Below are positions 9,495 through 17,882 of a DNA stretch of 32,702 nt, in pieces (positions within the stretch are counted from its first letter, which is position 1; every line of letters starts with the position of its first letter). Origin of the DNA: a candidate division WOR-3 bacterium. Its GTDB lineage: Bacteria; Hydrothermota; Tepidihabitantia; Tepidihabitantales; CAIPLT01. The notes beneath the pieces were generated by a model. That model saw only the letters and a program-made list of their open reading frames with translations, was not told the origin of the DNA and did not search any database. The position numbers and the translations under genes were made by a program. Location of the stretch: the NCBI GenBank assembly GCA_965649215.1, contig CBFGJZ010000018.1, forward strand, positions 1 through 32,702, read 5' to 3'.

Positions 9495-9989
9495 TTATGG
9501 TCCTACATGCATTAATGGAAATTCAATATTAAAACCTTCAAATTTTTCTGCATTTTCTTTTTCAATTTCAATAAGACGGTAATGTCCCAATTCCATTTTT
9601 GCAATATACAGTAACATATTTTTAATTTGTGGTTTATTGTTATAACGCTCAGCAATTCCTAAATAAAAATCATGGGCATTTATTTCGGCGTTCATCGCAT
9701 CTTGTAAGATTTGACTGATCGGAATATTTTCAGTGGCTAAATTAATTTGTGGTAACGGAACTGGATTTTCTTTTGGTAACTTAATAGTCTTGTTTGGAAA
9801 ATCTTGTTCGTAAATTTTTTTAAATATTTGATAGTGTTTTGATTCTTCGTTAGCTAAGAAAATAAAACGTTCTTTTAAAAGATAATTATCAACTTTACTA
9901 GCTAATTTTGAATATATTGATTTACTTTCATCTTCAGCCTTTAAGGCCGTCAAAATTAAATCTTCTAACTTATAAATCTTTAAATCCAT
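9495..9989 (-). CDS. Ferritin-like/rubrerythrin-family diiron protein
   Basis: Two E...ExxH pairs (AEDES...EESKH; AEINA...MELGH); no rubredoxin domain. Confidence 0.85.
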   Translation of the reverse strand: MDLKIYKLEDLILTALKAEDESKSIYSKLASKVDNYLLKERFIFLANEESKHYQIFKKIYEQDFPNKTIKLPKENPVPLPQINLATENIPISQILQDAMNAEINAHDFYLGIAERYNNKPQIKNMLLYIAKMELGHYRLIEIEKENAEKFEGFNIEFPLMHVGP

Positions 9990-10062
9990 AATATTCCTTT
10001 CTTTTTTAATTTCTATTATTAGACTTTATTTTATTTCGCAAGATGCTACTCTAAGTAGCAAA

Positions 10063-10209
10063 TTATGATTTTTTTCTTCGCATCATTTCACCGCAACAAA
10101 TAAAAAGAATATCACGATTAGGACATTCATCAGTTGTTTTCACTTGTAATTCAACACCACAATTTTTACAATATAAATTATAGGAATACTTAACTTTTTT
10201 GTGCTTCAT
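10063..10209 (-). CDS. Small (48 aa) desulforedoxin-like Cys-rich protein, absent from the ORF track
   Basis: Manual translation MKHKKVKYSYNLYCKNCGVELQVKTTDECPNRDILFICCGEMMRRKKS; strong SD AAGGAGG just upstream of the ATG; CxxCG...CCGxxM motif. Confidence 0.8.
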   Translation of the reverse strand: MKHKKVKYSYNLYCKNCGVELQVKTTDECPNRDILFICCGEMMRRKKS

Positions 10210-10284
10210 TTGCCCTCCTTAACTATTGAAAATAATTTATTAATAAATATGATCTTAATTTAATTATAAGTTGCATACTAACTA

Positions 10285-10314
10285 ATATTAAACAAATATT
10301 TTATAAAAAGTCAA
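10285..10314 (-). promoter_or_regulatory. Possible sigma70 promoter for the 10209-to-7469 gene run
   Basis: Minus strand TTGACT-18 nt-TAATAT in a very AT-rich intergenic region. Confidence 0.35.
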
Positions 10315-10398
10315 GGAAATCAATATTTTATTACACTTTGATTTATAATAAGTTACACAAAAATACTATAATTTTATATTTTTTAATATGAAGCATTA

Positions 10399-12813
10399 TT
10401 AATTTAAATTTATTCTTCGTAATTGTAATGAATTAGTAGTAACATTTAAAGAACTTAATGCCATGGCTATTTCTGCGATAAGTGGATGCATAAAGCCGAC
10501 GATAGCCATTGGTATCGCAATGATATTGTAGAAAAATGCCCAGAAGAGATTTTGTTTAATTTTTTGAAATGTTGCTTGTGAAATTTTAATAGCAGTTACA
10601 ATGTCAAGTAAATTACCAGAAATTAATATTACATCAGATGCTTCAATTGCAATATCAGTCCCACTACCAATTGCAATTCCAACATCAGCTTGAGTTAATG
10701 CTGGTGCATCATTAATACCATCTCCGACCATTGCTACTAAACCATAACTTTTTTGTAATTGTTTAATAATTTTTTGCTTATCTTGAGGTAAAACATTAGC
10801 AATAGTATGTTCAATTCCAATTTTTTGACTTATAGCTAAGGCTGTCTTTTCATCATCACCTGTTAGCATCACTAAATGTAACCCTCGCTGTTTTAACTTA
10901 TTTATTGCTAATTGAGAATCATCTTTTAATTTATCAGCAATAGCGAGTAAACCAACTAAATTATTATTAAATGCGATTAGAATCACTGTTTTTGCTTCAC
11001 TTTCTAATTTGTATATTTCACTTATCAATACTTGATAACTAACATTATTTTCGTCAAATAATAATTTGTTCCCACAAATAACTTTAACATTATCAACTAT
11101 ACCAATAATTCCTTTACCCGAGATTGACTGAAAATTGCTTGGTGCTTTTATGGAAATATTTTTATTTTTTGCAGTTGTGATAATTGCGTTAGCTAAAGGA
11201 TGTTCGGAACCGAATTCAAGGCTCGCAGCATATTGTAATAACTCTTTTTCTGATACACCATTAACTACTATTATATCTGTTACTTCTGTTTTTCCTTTAG
11301 TTAGTGTTCCGGTTTTATCAAAAATTATTGCTTTGACATCCTTTAAAGATTGAATTGCTTCACCTGAGCGAAAGAGAATGCCTCGCTCAGCTGCTATTCC
11401 AGAACCAACCATTAAGGCAGTTGGCGTTGCTAAACCTAAAGCACAAGGACACGCAATTACCAATACTGAAATACTGGCAAAAATTGCTAAAGAAATCGGT
11501 GATAAAGTTGGATTTAACCACGGTAAAAAATGACTAATCCATGTTAAACCACCTCTCAAATAAGGAGTTAGGAATAACCATCCGAAAAATGTAAGAATTG
11601 CGATTAAGATAATAATTGGGACAAAACGATTAGTAATTTTGTCGGCAAACTCTTGTATCGGAACTTTTGTACTTTGACATTCTTCAACTAATTTAATAAT
11701 CTGTGCTAAAAAAGTATCTTTTCCAACTTTTGTAGCTTTAATTTGTAATAAACCCTGTAAATTAATAGTAGCGCCAATCACAATATCTCCTTTTTGTTTG
11801 CGTACAGGGATAGGTTCACCAGTTATCATTGATTCATCAATATTCGATACACCACTTATAATCTCTCCATCAGTTGGTATTTTTTCACCTGGGTGGACCA
11901 ACATAATATCTCCAACTTTAAGTTGTTCGATTGGAATATTTTTTTTCTTACCATCAACAATAATTGTCACTGATTTCGCACCAAGTTCTATTAATCTTTT
12001 GATTGCTTGTGATGTTTTTCCTTTTGCTTTTGTTTCAATATAACGACCAGTCAGATGAAATGCCATAATCATACCTGCAATTCCAGCATAATTTTCTATC
12101 GGTACATTAATAATTCGTAAAAATCCTGTTATAAGCGCACTGATCGTACCTAATCCAATTAGGACATCCATCGATGCCGCTTTATTTCGAATTGAATTTA
12201 TGCCGGCTTTTATAGTATTAAAACCTGGAATAAAAACAGCTGCAACGCCAAAAATAAGCATTATAAGATCCATTTGTTGAATATGAATTTTTAATACCAT
12301 ATGCATAAACATGAGGACGATAAGGGGTGCTGTTAAAAACCATATTAACATTAATCTTACTTTAGCTTTTTGCCATTCTTGAGTCATCTTGTCAATGCCT
12401 TGAGAATGTTCTTCGCGGATTTCATATCCAACTTCTCTAATACGTCTTTTAATATCCTCAAGACTGGTAATTTTTTTGTCAAATCTAATAGTTGCTTTTT
12501 CTGATGCAAAATTTATATTTACACTCGCAACACCAGGTAAATTACCAACTGCCTTTTCAATTGTTCGGACACAACTTGCGCAAGTCATTCCAATAATTGA
12601 AATTGTGATAGTTTCGGTTTTTCCAATCTTTTTAGCTGACATATTAGCTGGGATAAAATAGTCTACTTTTTTAAGATATTTTTCTGGATCGGCTTTAAAC
12701 TTTTCCAAACATGATAAATTGCAAAAATGATATATTATGCCTTTATATTCAAGTTCACCTGCTTGTTCTTCTTTAGTTATTTCCATCCCGCAAACGGGAT
12801 CAATAAAAGTCAT
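10399..12813 (-). CDS. copA: Cu(I)-translocating P1B-1 ATPase with N-terminal YHS and HMA domains
   Basis: DPVCGM...FCNLSC (YHS), GMTCASC (HMA), TGE, CPCALG, DKTGT, SEHP, GDGIND, plus YN and MxxSS Cu(I) ligands. Confidence 0.93.
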   Translation of the reverse strand: MTFIDPVCGMEITKEEQAGELEYKGIIYHFCNLSCLEKFKADPEKYLKKVDYFIPANMSAKKIGKTETITISIIGMTCASCVRTIEKAVGNLPGVASVNINFASEKATIRFDKKITSLEDIKRRIREVGYEIREEHSQGIDKMTQEWQKAKVRLMLIWFLTAPLIVLMFMHMVLKIHIQQMDLIMLIFGVAAVFIPGFNTIKAGINSIRNKAASMDVLIGLGTISALITGFLRIINVPIENYAGIAGMIMAFHLTGRYIETKAKGKTSQAIKRLIELGAKSVTIIVDGKKKNIPIEQLKVGDIMLVHPGEKIPTDGEIISGVSNIDESMITGEPIPVRKQKGDIVIGATINLQGLLQIKATKVGKDTFLAQIIKLVEECQSTKVPIQEFADKITNRFVPIIILIAILTFFGWLFLTPYLRGGLTWISHFLPWLNPTLSPISLAIFASISVLVIACPCALGLATPTALMVGSGIAAERGILFRSGEAIQSLKDVKAIIFDKTGTLTKGKTEVTDIIVVNGVSEKELLQYAASLEFGSEHPLANAIITTAKNKNISIKAPSNFQSISGKGIIGIVDNVKVICGNKLLFDENNVSYQVLISEIYKLESEAKTVILIAFNNNLVGLLAIADKLKDDSQLAINKLKQRGLHLVMLTGDDEKTALAISQKIGIEHTIANVLPQDKQKIIKQLQKSYGLVAMVGDGINDAPALTQADVGIAIGSGTDIAIEASDVILISGNLLDIVTAIKISQATFQKIKQNLFWAFFYNIIAIPMAIVGFMHPLIAEIAMALSSLNVTTNSLQLRRINLN

Positions 12814-12821
12814 ATAAAAAT

Positions 12822-12872
12822 AAAACCTCTTATCTTCATCTTATCATAGAAGATAGAAAGATAAGAGGTTTT
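12822..12872 (-). terminator. Long hairpin between dfx and copA: terminator/attenuator whose 3' arm contains the copA RBS
   Basis: Perfect 15-bp inverted repeat AAAACCTCTTATCTT (12822-12836) / AAGATAAGAGGTTTT (12858-12872) with extra inner pairing. On the minus strand it ends ...AAGAGGTTTTATTTTTAT-ATG(copA). Confidence 0.7.
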
Positions 12873-12904
12873 TAGTTATCTTAATTCTCTATAGTTATTG
12901 TAAT

Positions 12905-13279
12905 TTATGCTTTCCAAAGACCGTGGATATTACAATATTCGCGTGCAGTAATATTCTCTGCTTGAATACAAAATTCTGCTTCGGGTGCATCGTTTGGTTT
13001 TAAGAATTTCCGATAGGATTTACCATCCGCAATTATTTGTATCCATTCAATGTAATGTTTTTCTTCCATTGGATGGGGTACCGAGCCGATTTTTACTTTT
13101 ACGCCTGATGCTGTCTTTTCAATAACTGGGACGTGTTTTTCTTGCCCAACATCAGATGTTTTCTCAACTAATAATTCCATTTGAACGCCGCAACAGACTA
13201 ATGTTCCTTGACCAGTATGGAGCACTTCCACAATATTACCACATATTTTACATTTGTAAATTTGTGATAGATTAGTCAT
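12905..13279 (-). CDS. dfx: Desulfoferrodoxin (2Fe superoxide reductase)
   Basis: N-terminal CKICG...CCG desulforedoxin domain; EKHVP, HPM..H and CNIHG active-site motifs. Confidence 0.97.
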   Translation of the reverse strand: MTNLSQIYKCKICGNIVEVLHTGQGTLVCCGVQMELLVEKTSDVGQEKHVPVIEKTASGVKVKIGSVPHPMEEKHYIEWIQIIADGKSYRKFLKPNDAPEAEFCIQAENITAREYCNIHGLWKA

Positions 13280-13294
13280 ATTATTTATCTTAAT

Positions 13295-13447
13295 TTATTT
13301 CTTTTTTGGTTTCATTACTTGTCCACAACAAGCAATTGCGCATTCTTCACATTCACAAGGATTTTTTATTGTTACTTCTAACCCACAAATGTCGCAAATG
13401 TATGAAACACCCCTTTTATGGGCTTTTTTTGTAGTTTTCTTTTTCAT
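13295..13447 (-). CDS. Small (50 aa) seven-Cys desulforedoxin/metallothionein-like protein, absent from the ORF track
   Basis: Manual translation MKKKTTKKAHKRGVSYICDICGLEVTIKNPCECEECAIACCGQVMKPKKK; SD AGAGGAG lies within the end of the upstream gene; start is 1 nt after the upstream stop. Confidence 0.85.
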   Translation of the reverse strand: MKKKTTKKAHKRGVSYICDICGLEVTIKNPCECEECAIACCGQVMKPKKK

Positions 13448-13448
13448 T

Positions 13449-13868
13449 TTATAGCTCCTCTAATAAACCCGTAAAGGTATCATGATGTTCTTCTTCATCA
13501 GCCAAGATACCTTCGAACATCTTTTTGGTTACTACATCACCTTGTTTTTCTGCTAATGAAATAATTTCCTTATACAATTTGATTGCTCCTTCTTCATCTT
13601 TAGTATCTGTCATAAGCATTTCTTTAAGACTTTTGCCAACAAAAATAGGTTCAGGTTTTGTAGTTGGAATTCCACCTAAATAAACTAATCGCTCGGCTAT
13701 CGCTTCAGCGTGTTTCATCTCCGTAATTCCAATTTTCTTAAGCTCATCCTTAACCGCAAATGCTTTAACACCTTTCCATTGTACATGTTGCCACATATAT
13801 TGAATTGCTACTTGTAATTCTCGTGCAATTGCTTTATTTAACATTTCCATCAGTTCTTTGCTTGCCAT
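13449..13868 (-). CDS. Short bacterioferritin-like protein
   Basis: E...QY...EMKHA...ERL..LGGxP...EEGA...EEEH ferroxidase pattern; 139 aa, lacking the C-terminal helix of classical Bfr. Confidence 0.85.
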   Translation of the reverse strand: MASKELMEMLNKAIARELQVAIQYMWQHVQWKGVKAFAVKDELKKIGITEMKHAEAIAERLVYLGGIPTTKPEPIFVGKSLKEMLMTDTKDEEGAIKLYKEIISLAEKQGDVVTKKMFEGILADEEEHHDTFTGLLEEL

Positions 13869-13898
13869 ATCGGCTCCTTTCTTTTGGTAATTTGTAAT

Positions 13899-13927
13899 AT
13901 TCTAACTTATAATTATTATCTTGTCAA
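13899..13927 (-). promoter_or_regulatory. Sigma70 promoter with a PerR/Fur-type box in the spacer
   Basis: Minus strand TTGACA-17 nt-TAGAAT; spacer holds TTATAATTATTATCT (13907-13921), 2 mismatches from the PerR consensus TTATAATNATTATAA. Confidence 0.65.
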
Positions 13928-13935
13928 TCATTAAT

Positions 13936-14607
13936 TTATCTTGATAGTTTTTTATGACATAACCACCAATCCAGACATTCAAATTCACCTGCTTTGGCTT
14001 TAGTTAATCGTTCCTGTGCGGTTTTAACATCTTTAGCAGGTGGAATAATCACATGGTCGTTCATAATTTCATTATTAGGCCAATTTGCGGGCATGGCAAC
14101 ACCATATTTATCTGATACCTGCATTGCTTCAACTGCGCGTAAAATTTCGTCTATATTTCGGCCGAGCTCTTGTGGATAATATAAAATAATTCTAATTTTA
14201 CCTTTGTCATCAACTACAAATACGGCTCGTACTGTATTTGTCCCTTTGCCAGGATGAATCAAACCAAGAGTTTCCGCGACTTTACCAGTATCCGCAATAA
14301 TAGGAAATTCAATTTCTATACCGAGTTTTTCTTTAATCCATTCTTCCCATTTTATATGAGAAAAAACCTGGTCAACACTTAAACCGATAAGTTCGCAGTT
14401 TAATGCTTTAAATTTATTATATCTTTTCTGAAACGCAACAAACTCAGTAGTACATACCGGAGTAAAATCGGCCGGATGGCTAAATAGAACGAACCACTTA
14501 CCCGCAAATGCTTTAGGCAATTCTATCTCACCATGGGTTGTTTGTACTTTCATTTCTGGGAAAGTATCTCCCAAAAGTGGCATACTTCTTTTTTCTATAT
14601 TGTCCAT
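13936..14607 (-). CDS. Peroxiredoxin (Prx6/TDXH type)
   Basis: [15 protein letters not shown] peroxidatic motif, [14 protein letters not shown] and C-terminal CLDWWLC. Confidence 0.95.
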   Translation of the reverse strand: MDNIEKRSMPLLGDTFPEMKVQTTHGEIELPKAFAGKWFVLFSHPADFTPVCTTEFVAFQKRYNKFKALNCELIGLSVDQVFSHIKWEEWIKEKLGIEIEFPIIADTGKVAETLGLIHPGKGTNTVRAVFVVDDKGKIRIILYYPQELGRNIDEILRAVEAMQVSDKYGVAMPANWPNNEIMNDHVIIPPAKDVKTAQERLTKAKAGEFECLDWWLCHKKLSR

Positions 14608-14692
14608 AATCTCTCCTCTCTTAATGTTAATAATAACTTCATAATAATTAGACCTTATGATTTAGAGAAGGATGCGAGGTTATTATTTAAAA

Positions 14693-14707
14693 TTCAATCA
14701 GATTGAA
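14693..14707. promoter_or_regulatory. Perfect 7-1-7 palindrome upstream of the peroxiredoxin gene, possible operator
   Basis: TTCAATC-A-GATTGAA in the intergenic region. Confidence 0.35.
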
Positions 14708-14717
14708 GGGATAATTT

Positions 14718-15020
14718 TTATTTTTTCTTTTTAATCATCCTTTCCACTTCTTCAGCACCTTTTTGATAATGTTTTACTTCATCTGGTGCCAGTTCATATA
14801 AAAGTCTTAGGAATTCACCTGCGTGGACTCGTTCTTCATCGGCAATTTCAATCAGCACTTTTTGGGCTAATTTATTATCGATTGACTCAGCAAGTTGCAT
14901 ATAGAGTTGTATTGCTTCATATTCAGCTGCGACCATAAATCGAATTGCACGAATTAATTCCTCGTGCGTCAGTTTGCGGTCTTTTTTCAATCCTGTAAAT
15001 GGCGTTCCAAAATCTGGCAT
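14718..15020 (-). CDS. Half-ferritin, encapsulated-ferritin (Flp/EncFtn)-like protein
   Basis: 100 aa; RAIR...AEYEAIQLY.QLA...IADEERVHAGEF pattern; SD AAGGAG. Confidence 0.8.
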   Translation of the reverse strand: MPDFGTPFTGLKKDRKLTHEELIRAIRFMVAAEYEAIQLYMQLAESIDNKLAQKVLIEIADEERVHAGEFLRLLYELAPDEVKHYQKGAEEVERMIKKKK

Positions 15021-15058
15021 AATTACTCCTTTTTAAAAAATATCAATTAATAATACAT

Positions 15059-15847
15059 TTATTTTTTACCTCTTCTGATTAATGTGTTTTTTGTGCTAAT
15101 TGGTTTAATTTCTTTTTTATGAACATCGTATACCGAGATGATATTAAAACTGCAGAAATATTTTTTAATTTCATCGAGCTCTTTTCTTGACAAAGGTTTT
15201 ACTGGCGATTTTCGTAATGGAGTATTAATTTGAATTACATCGGGTTTAATATCCTCGGCTAATGCAGCTAATTTATCAGCATGTTTTATATTATCTTTAA
15301 TAAACATTATTTGTAAAGCCAATTTATGAGCATATCTTGAGCGAAATTTAATAAGTCCTGTAATAATTTCTTTAAAAGTAATTCCGTTCATTGGTTGATT
15401 AATATTTTCAAGACTTTCTTGGTCAAAAGCATCAAGTTTAGCAACAACCAAATCAACATTAGATAAATCTTTAATCACATCTTTTTGACCAAGCAGAGTA
15501 GAATTAGTAATAATTGCGATTTTTTCGGGGCGGATTGATTTAATTGCTTTAATTAAAGTTCCTAAATTTTTTGCTAAGGTTGGTTCTCCACGTCCTGAAA
15601 AGGTTATATAATCAATATTAAGTGATGGTAACCTTTTAATCTCATTAATCAAATCTGTTTCTTTAATATAAATCTTTCGTGTATTTGAAAAGATTGTAGT
15701 TTTACCTAATTGACAATATCGGCAATCAAAATTACAAATTTTATCTTTTTGAGAAATTGCATCAATTCCTAATGAAACACCTAAACGCCAAGAATAAACC
15801 GGTCCATATATATATCTATAATTTTCCATTTCAATATTTCCTTTCAC
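15059..15847 (-). CDS. Radical SAM Fe-S oxidoreductase (COG0731-like)
   Basis: YGPVxSxRLGxSLG, CNFDCRYC, FSGRGEPT, ITNS, KLDA. The true start may be the ATG at 15829. Confidence 0.85.
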   Translation of the reverse strand: MKGNIEMENYRYIYGPVYSWRLGVSLGIDAISQKDKICNFDCRYCQLGKTTIFSNTRKIYIKETDLINEIKRLPSLNIDYITFSGRGEPTLAKNLGTLIKAIKSIRPEKIAIITNSTLLGQKDVIKDLSNVDLVVAKLDAFDQESLENINQPMNGITFKEIITGLIKFRSRYAHKLALQIMFIKDNIKHADKLAALAEDIKPDVIQINTPLRKSPVKPLSRKELDEIKKYFCSFNIISVYDVHKKEIKPISTKNTLIRRGKK

Positions 15848-15891
15848 TCTTAAACAGCGATATAAAATTAAACATTATTACTAATATTGTA

Positions 15892-15919
15892 TTGACATCA
15901 GTCTTAAATGCAATACTAT
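15892..15919 (+). promoter_or_regulatory. Sigma70-type promoter for the photolyase gene (very short leader)
   Basis: TTGACA (15892-15897)-16 nt-TACTAT (15914-15919), 10 nt before the ATG; no SD. Confidence 0.4.
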
Positions 15920-15929
15920 CATTATAATA

Positions 15930-17294
15930 ATGAAATATCACTTTGCTGTACATATATTCCGTCGTGATTTACGACTATTTGATAATACTTCTCTGATTTT
16001 CGCACTTAAAAATTCTAAGCAAGTTATTCCTTGTTTTATTTTAGATCCTGACCAAATAGAAAATAATCCTTATCGTTCGGATCGTGCTTTACAATTTATG
16101 ATTGAGTCTTTATTTGATTTAAATCGCCAATTAAAAAATAAAAATGCTCAATTATATTTATTTTATGGAAAACCAGATCATATTGTAGAACAACTAATTA
16201 AAACCCGACCAATTGATTTGGTTTCGATCAATCGTGATTATACACCGTTTAGTATAAAACGAGATAATTCTATTGCGTCGGTATGTAGTAAATACAGAGT
16301 TACATTTTTAAGTCATCATGATTTATTATTACACGAACCAGAACAAATCTTAAAACATAATTCTCAACCATATACTATTTTTACACATTTCTTTAATAAA
16401 GCAAAACAAATTTCGGTTTCAAAACCAATAAATAATCCATATCAAAATTATTACAAGCAAAATATTAGTTTTGCGAAAAATTTTGAATTTTTAAGTCAAA
16501 TAATATCAAAACCAAGACACAATCTTTATTTCAAAGGTGGACGAAGTGAAGCATTAAAATTACTTGCCAATATCAAAAACTTAAAAAATTATCATTTTGA
16601 ACGAAATTTTCCCGCATTAGATAAAACATCTCATTTGTCCGCGCACAATAAATTTGGTACTGTTTCAATTCGAGAAGTATATCATACAATTTTAAGATAT
16701 TTTAATTCTAATCATGAAGTAATCAGAGAATTGTATTGGCGAGATTTCTTTTCCTATCTCCTCTATCATTTTCCGAACCTTTTAGAAAATGCCGCTAAAA
16801 GAAAATATGACCAAATTAAATGGAATTATGATAAAAATTTATTTAAGAAGTGGTGCGAAGGACAAACTGGATTTCCAATAGTTGATGCTGGTATGCGACA
16901 GTTAAATCAGATTGGTTATATACCTAATCGCATTCGTTTAATTACTGCTTCTTTTTTAGTAAAAGATTTATTTATTGATTGGCGATGGGGTGAAAAATAT
17001 TTCGCTCAAAAATTAGTAGATTATGATCCTGCAATAAATAATGGCAATTGGCAATGGGTTGCATCAGTTGGTTATGATGCTCAACCTTATTTTCGTATTT
17101 TCAATCCATGGCTGCAACAAAAGAAATATGACCCTGATTGTAAGTATATAAAAAAATGGTTAGCAGAATTACAAACTCTAACTCCCAAACAAATCCATCA
17201 TCTAGAAACACTAAAAGTAAAAAATTATCCACGCCCAATTATTAATCACGAAAAAGCAGTGCGTCGAGCGATTGAGCGATTTAAAAAAATTTGA
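15930..17294 (+). CDS. phr: Deoxyribodipyrimidine (CPD) photolyase
   Basis: FRRDLRLxDN, TSxLS...FG, ELYWRDF, WCEGxTGFPIVDAGMRQL, DWR, DYD...NNGNWQW, RIFNP; Trp electron-transfer triad present. Confidence 0.93.
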   Translation: MKYHFAVHIFRRDLRLFDNTSLIFALKNSKQVIPCFILDPDQIENNPYRSDRALQFMIESLFDLNRQLKNKNAQLYLFYGKPDHIVEQLIKTRPIDLVSINRDYTPFSIKRDNSIASVCSKYRVTFLSHHDLLLHEPEQILKHNSQPYTIFTHFFNKAKQISVSKPINNPYQNYYKQNISFAKNFEFLSQIISKPRHNLYFKGGRSEALKLLANIKNLKNYHFERNFPALDKTSHLSAHNKFGTVSIREVYHTILRYFNSNHEVIRELYWRDFFSYLLYHFPNLLENAAKRKYDQIKWNYDKNLFKKWCEGQTGFPIVDAGMRQLNQIGYIPNRIRLITASFLVKDLFIDWRWGEKYFAQKLVDYDPAINNGNWQWVASVGYDAQPYFRIFNPWLQQKKYDPDCKYIKKWLAELQTLTPKQIHHLETLKVKNYPRPIINHEKAVRRAIERFKKI

Positions 17295-17858
17295 CTATTT
17301 TATTTCGGAGTACTTATTATGATAAACAAATTTATCTAATGAGAATCTTGCTGGTCGTTCTTTTTCATCTTTTGCTTGTTTTTCAGTTAAGACGGGTTTA
17401 ATTGTTTCAGAATGTTTACCAACAATAATCAAAGTTATCACATTCATCTCATCAGGAATACCAAGCACTTCTTTTACTTTTTTCGGACTATAACCAGCGA
17501 TCGGATGAGCAACCAAACCAAGTTCAGTCGCTCTTAACATCAACAGACCAACCGCCATACCACAACCAAACAGATAATATTCTCTATCATGAATAATACA
17601 ATCAAACTCCTTTTTTGAAAACACTGCGATTATCAGTGAAGCATCATATGCCCATTCATTTCCTTTGGATAAGGTCTCCTTCATCTTTGCTAATATCTCT
17701 TTATCATAGACAAATACAAATCGCCAAGGCTGATTATTAAAACATGATGGTGCGAGTTGTGCTGACTTTGCCAAGTCTTCTATTAATTCTTTGGTAATTT
17801 CTACTGGGTCTAAGGAACGATATGCTCTACGCTTTTCAATCGCCTCTTTTACATTCAT
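17295..17858 (-). CDS. Nitroreductase family flavoprotein
   Basis: KRRAYR, APSCFNNQPWRF, A...GL..HP motifs; its stop directly abuts the phr stop. Confidence 0.93.
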   Translation of the reverse strand: MNVKEAIEKRRAYRSLDPVEITKELIEDLAKSAQLAPSCFNNQPWRFVFVYDKEILAKMKETLSKGNEWAYDASLIIAVFSKKEFDCIIHDREYYLFGCGMAVGLLMLRATELGLVAHPIAGYSPKKVKEVLGIPDEMNVITLIIVGKHSETIKPVLTEKQAKDEKERPARFSLDKFVYHNKYSEIK

Positions 17859-17882
17859 ACTTATTTGACTCGTGATATTAAA

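Noticed and set aside
10044-10060. Small hairpin TGCTACT-CTA-AGTAGCA after the 48-aa gene
   Set aside because: Only 7 bp with a 3-nt loop and no U-tract on the coding strand; too weak to call a terminator.
10210-10398. Additional PerR/Fur-like matches in the intergenic region
   Set aside because: Three or more mismatches in extremely AT-rich DNA; expected by chance.
12785-12800. Hairpin ATCCCG-CAAA-CGGGAT near the copA start
   Set aside because: Lies in the codons for the conserved DPVCGM motif and is explained by coding constraint.
5755-14179. Short plus-strand ORFs opposite miaB, FTR, cupin, copA and prx
   Set aside because: All lie antisense to well-supported genes and have no coding features.
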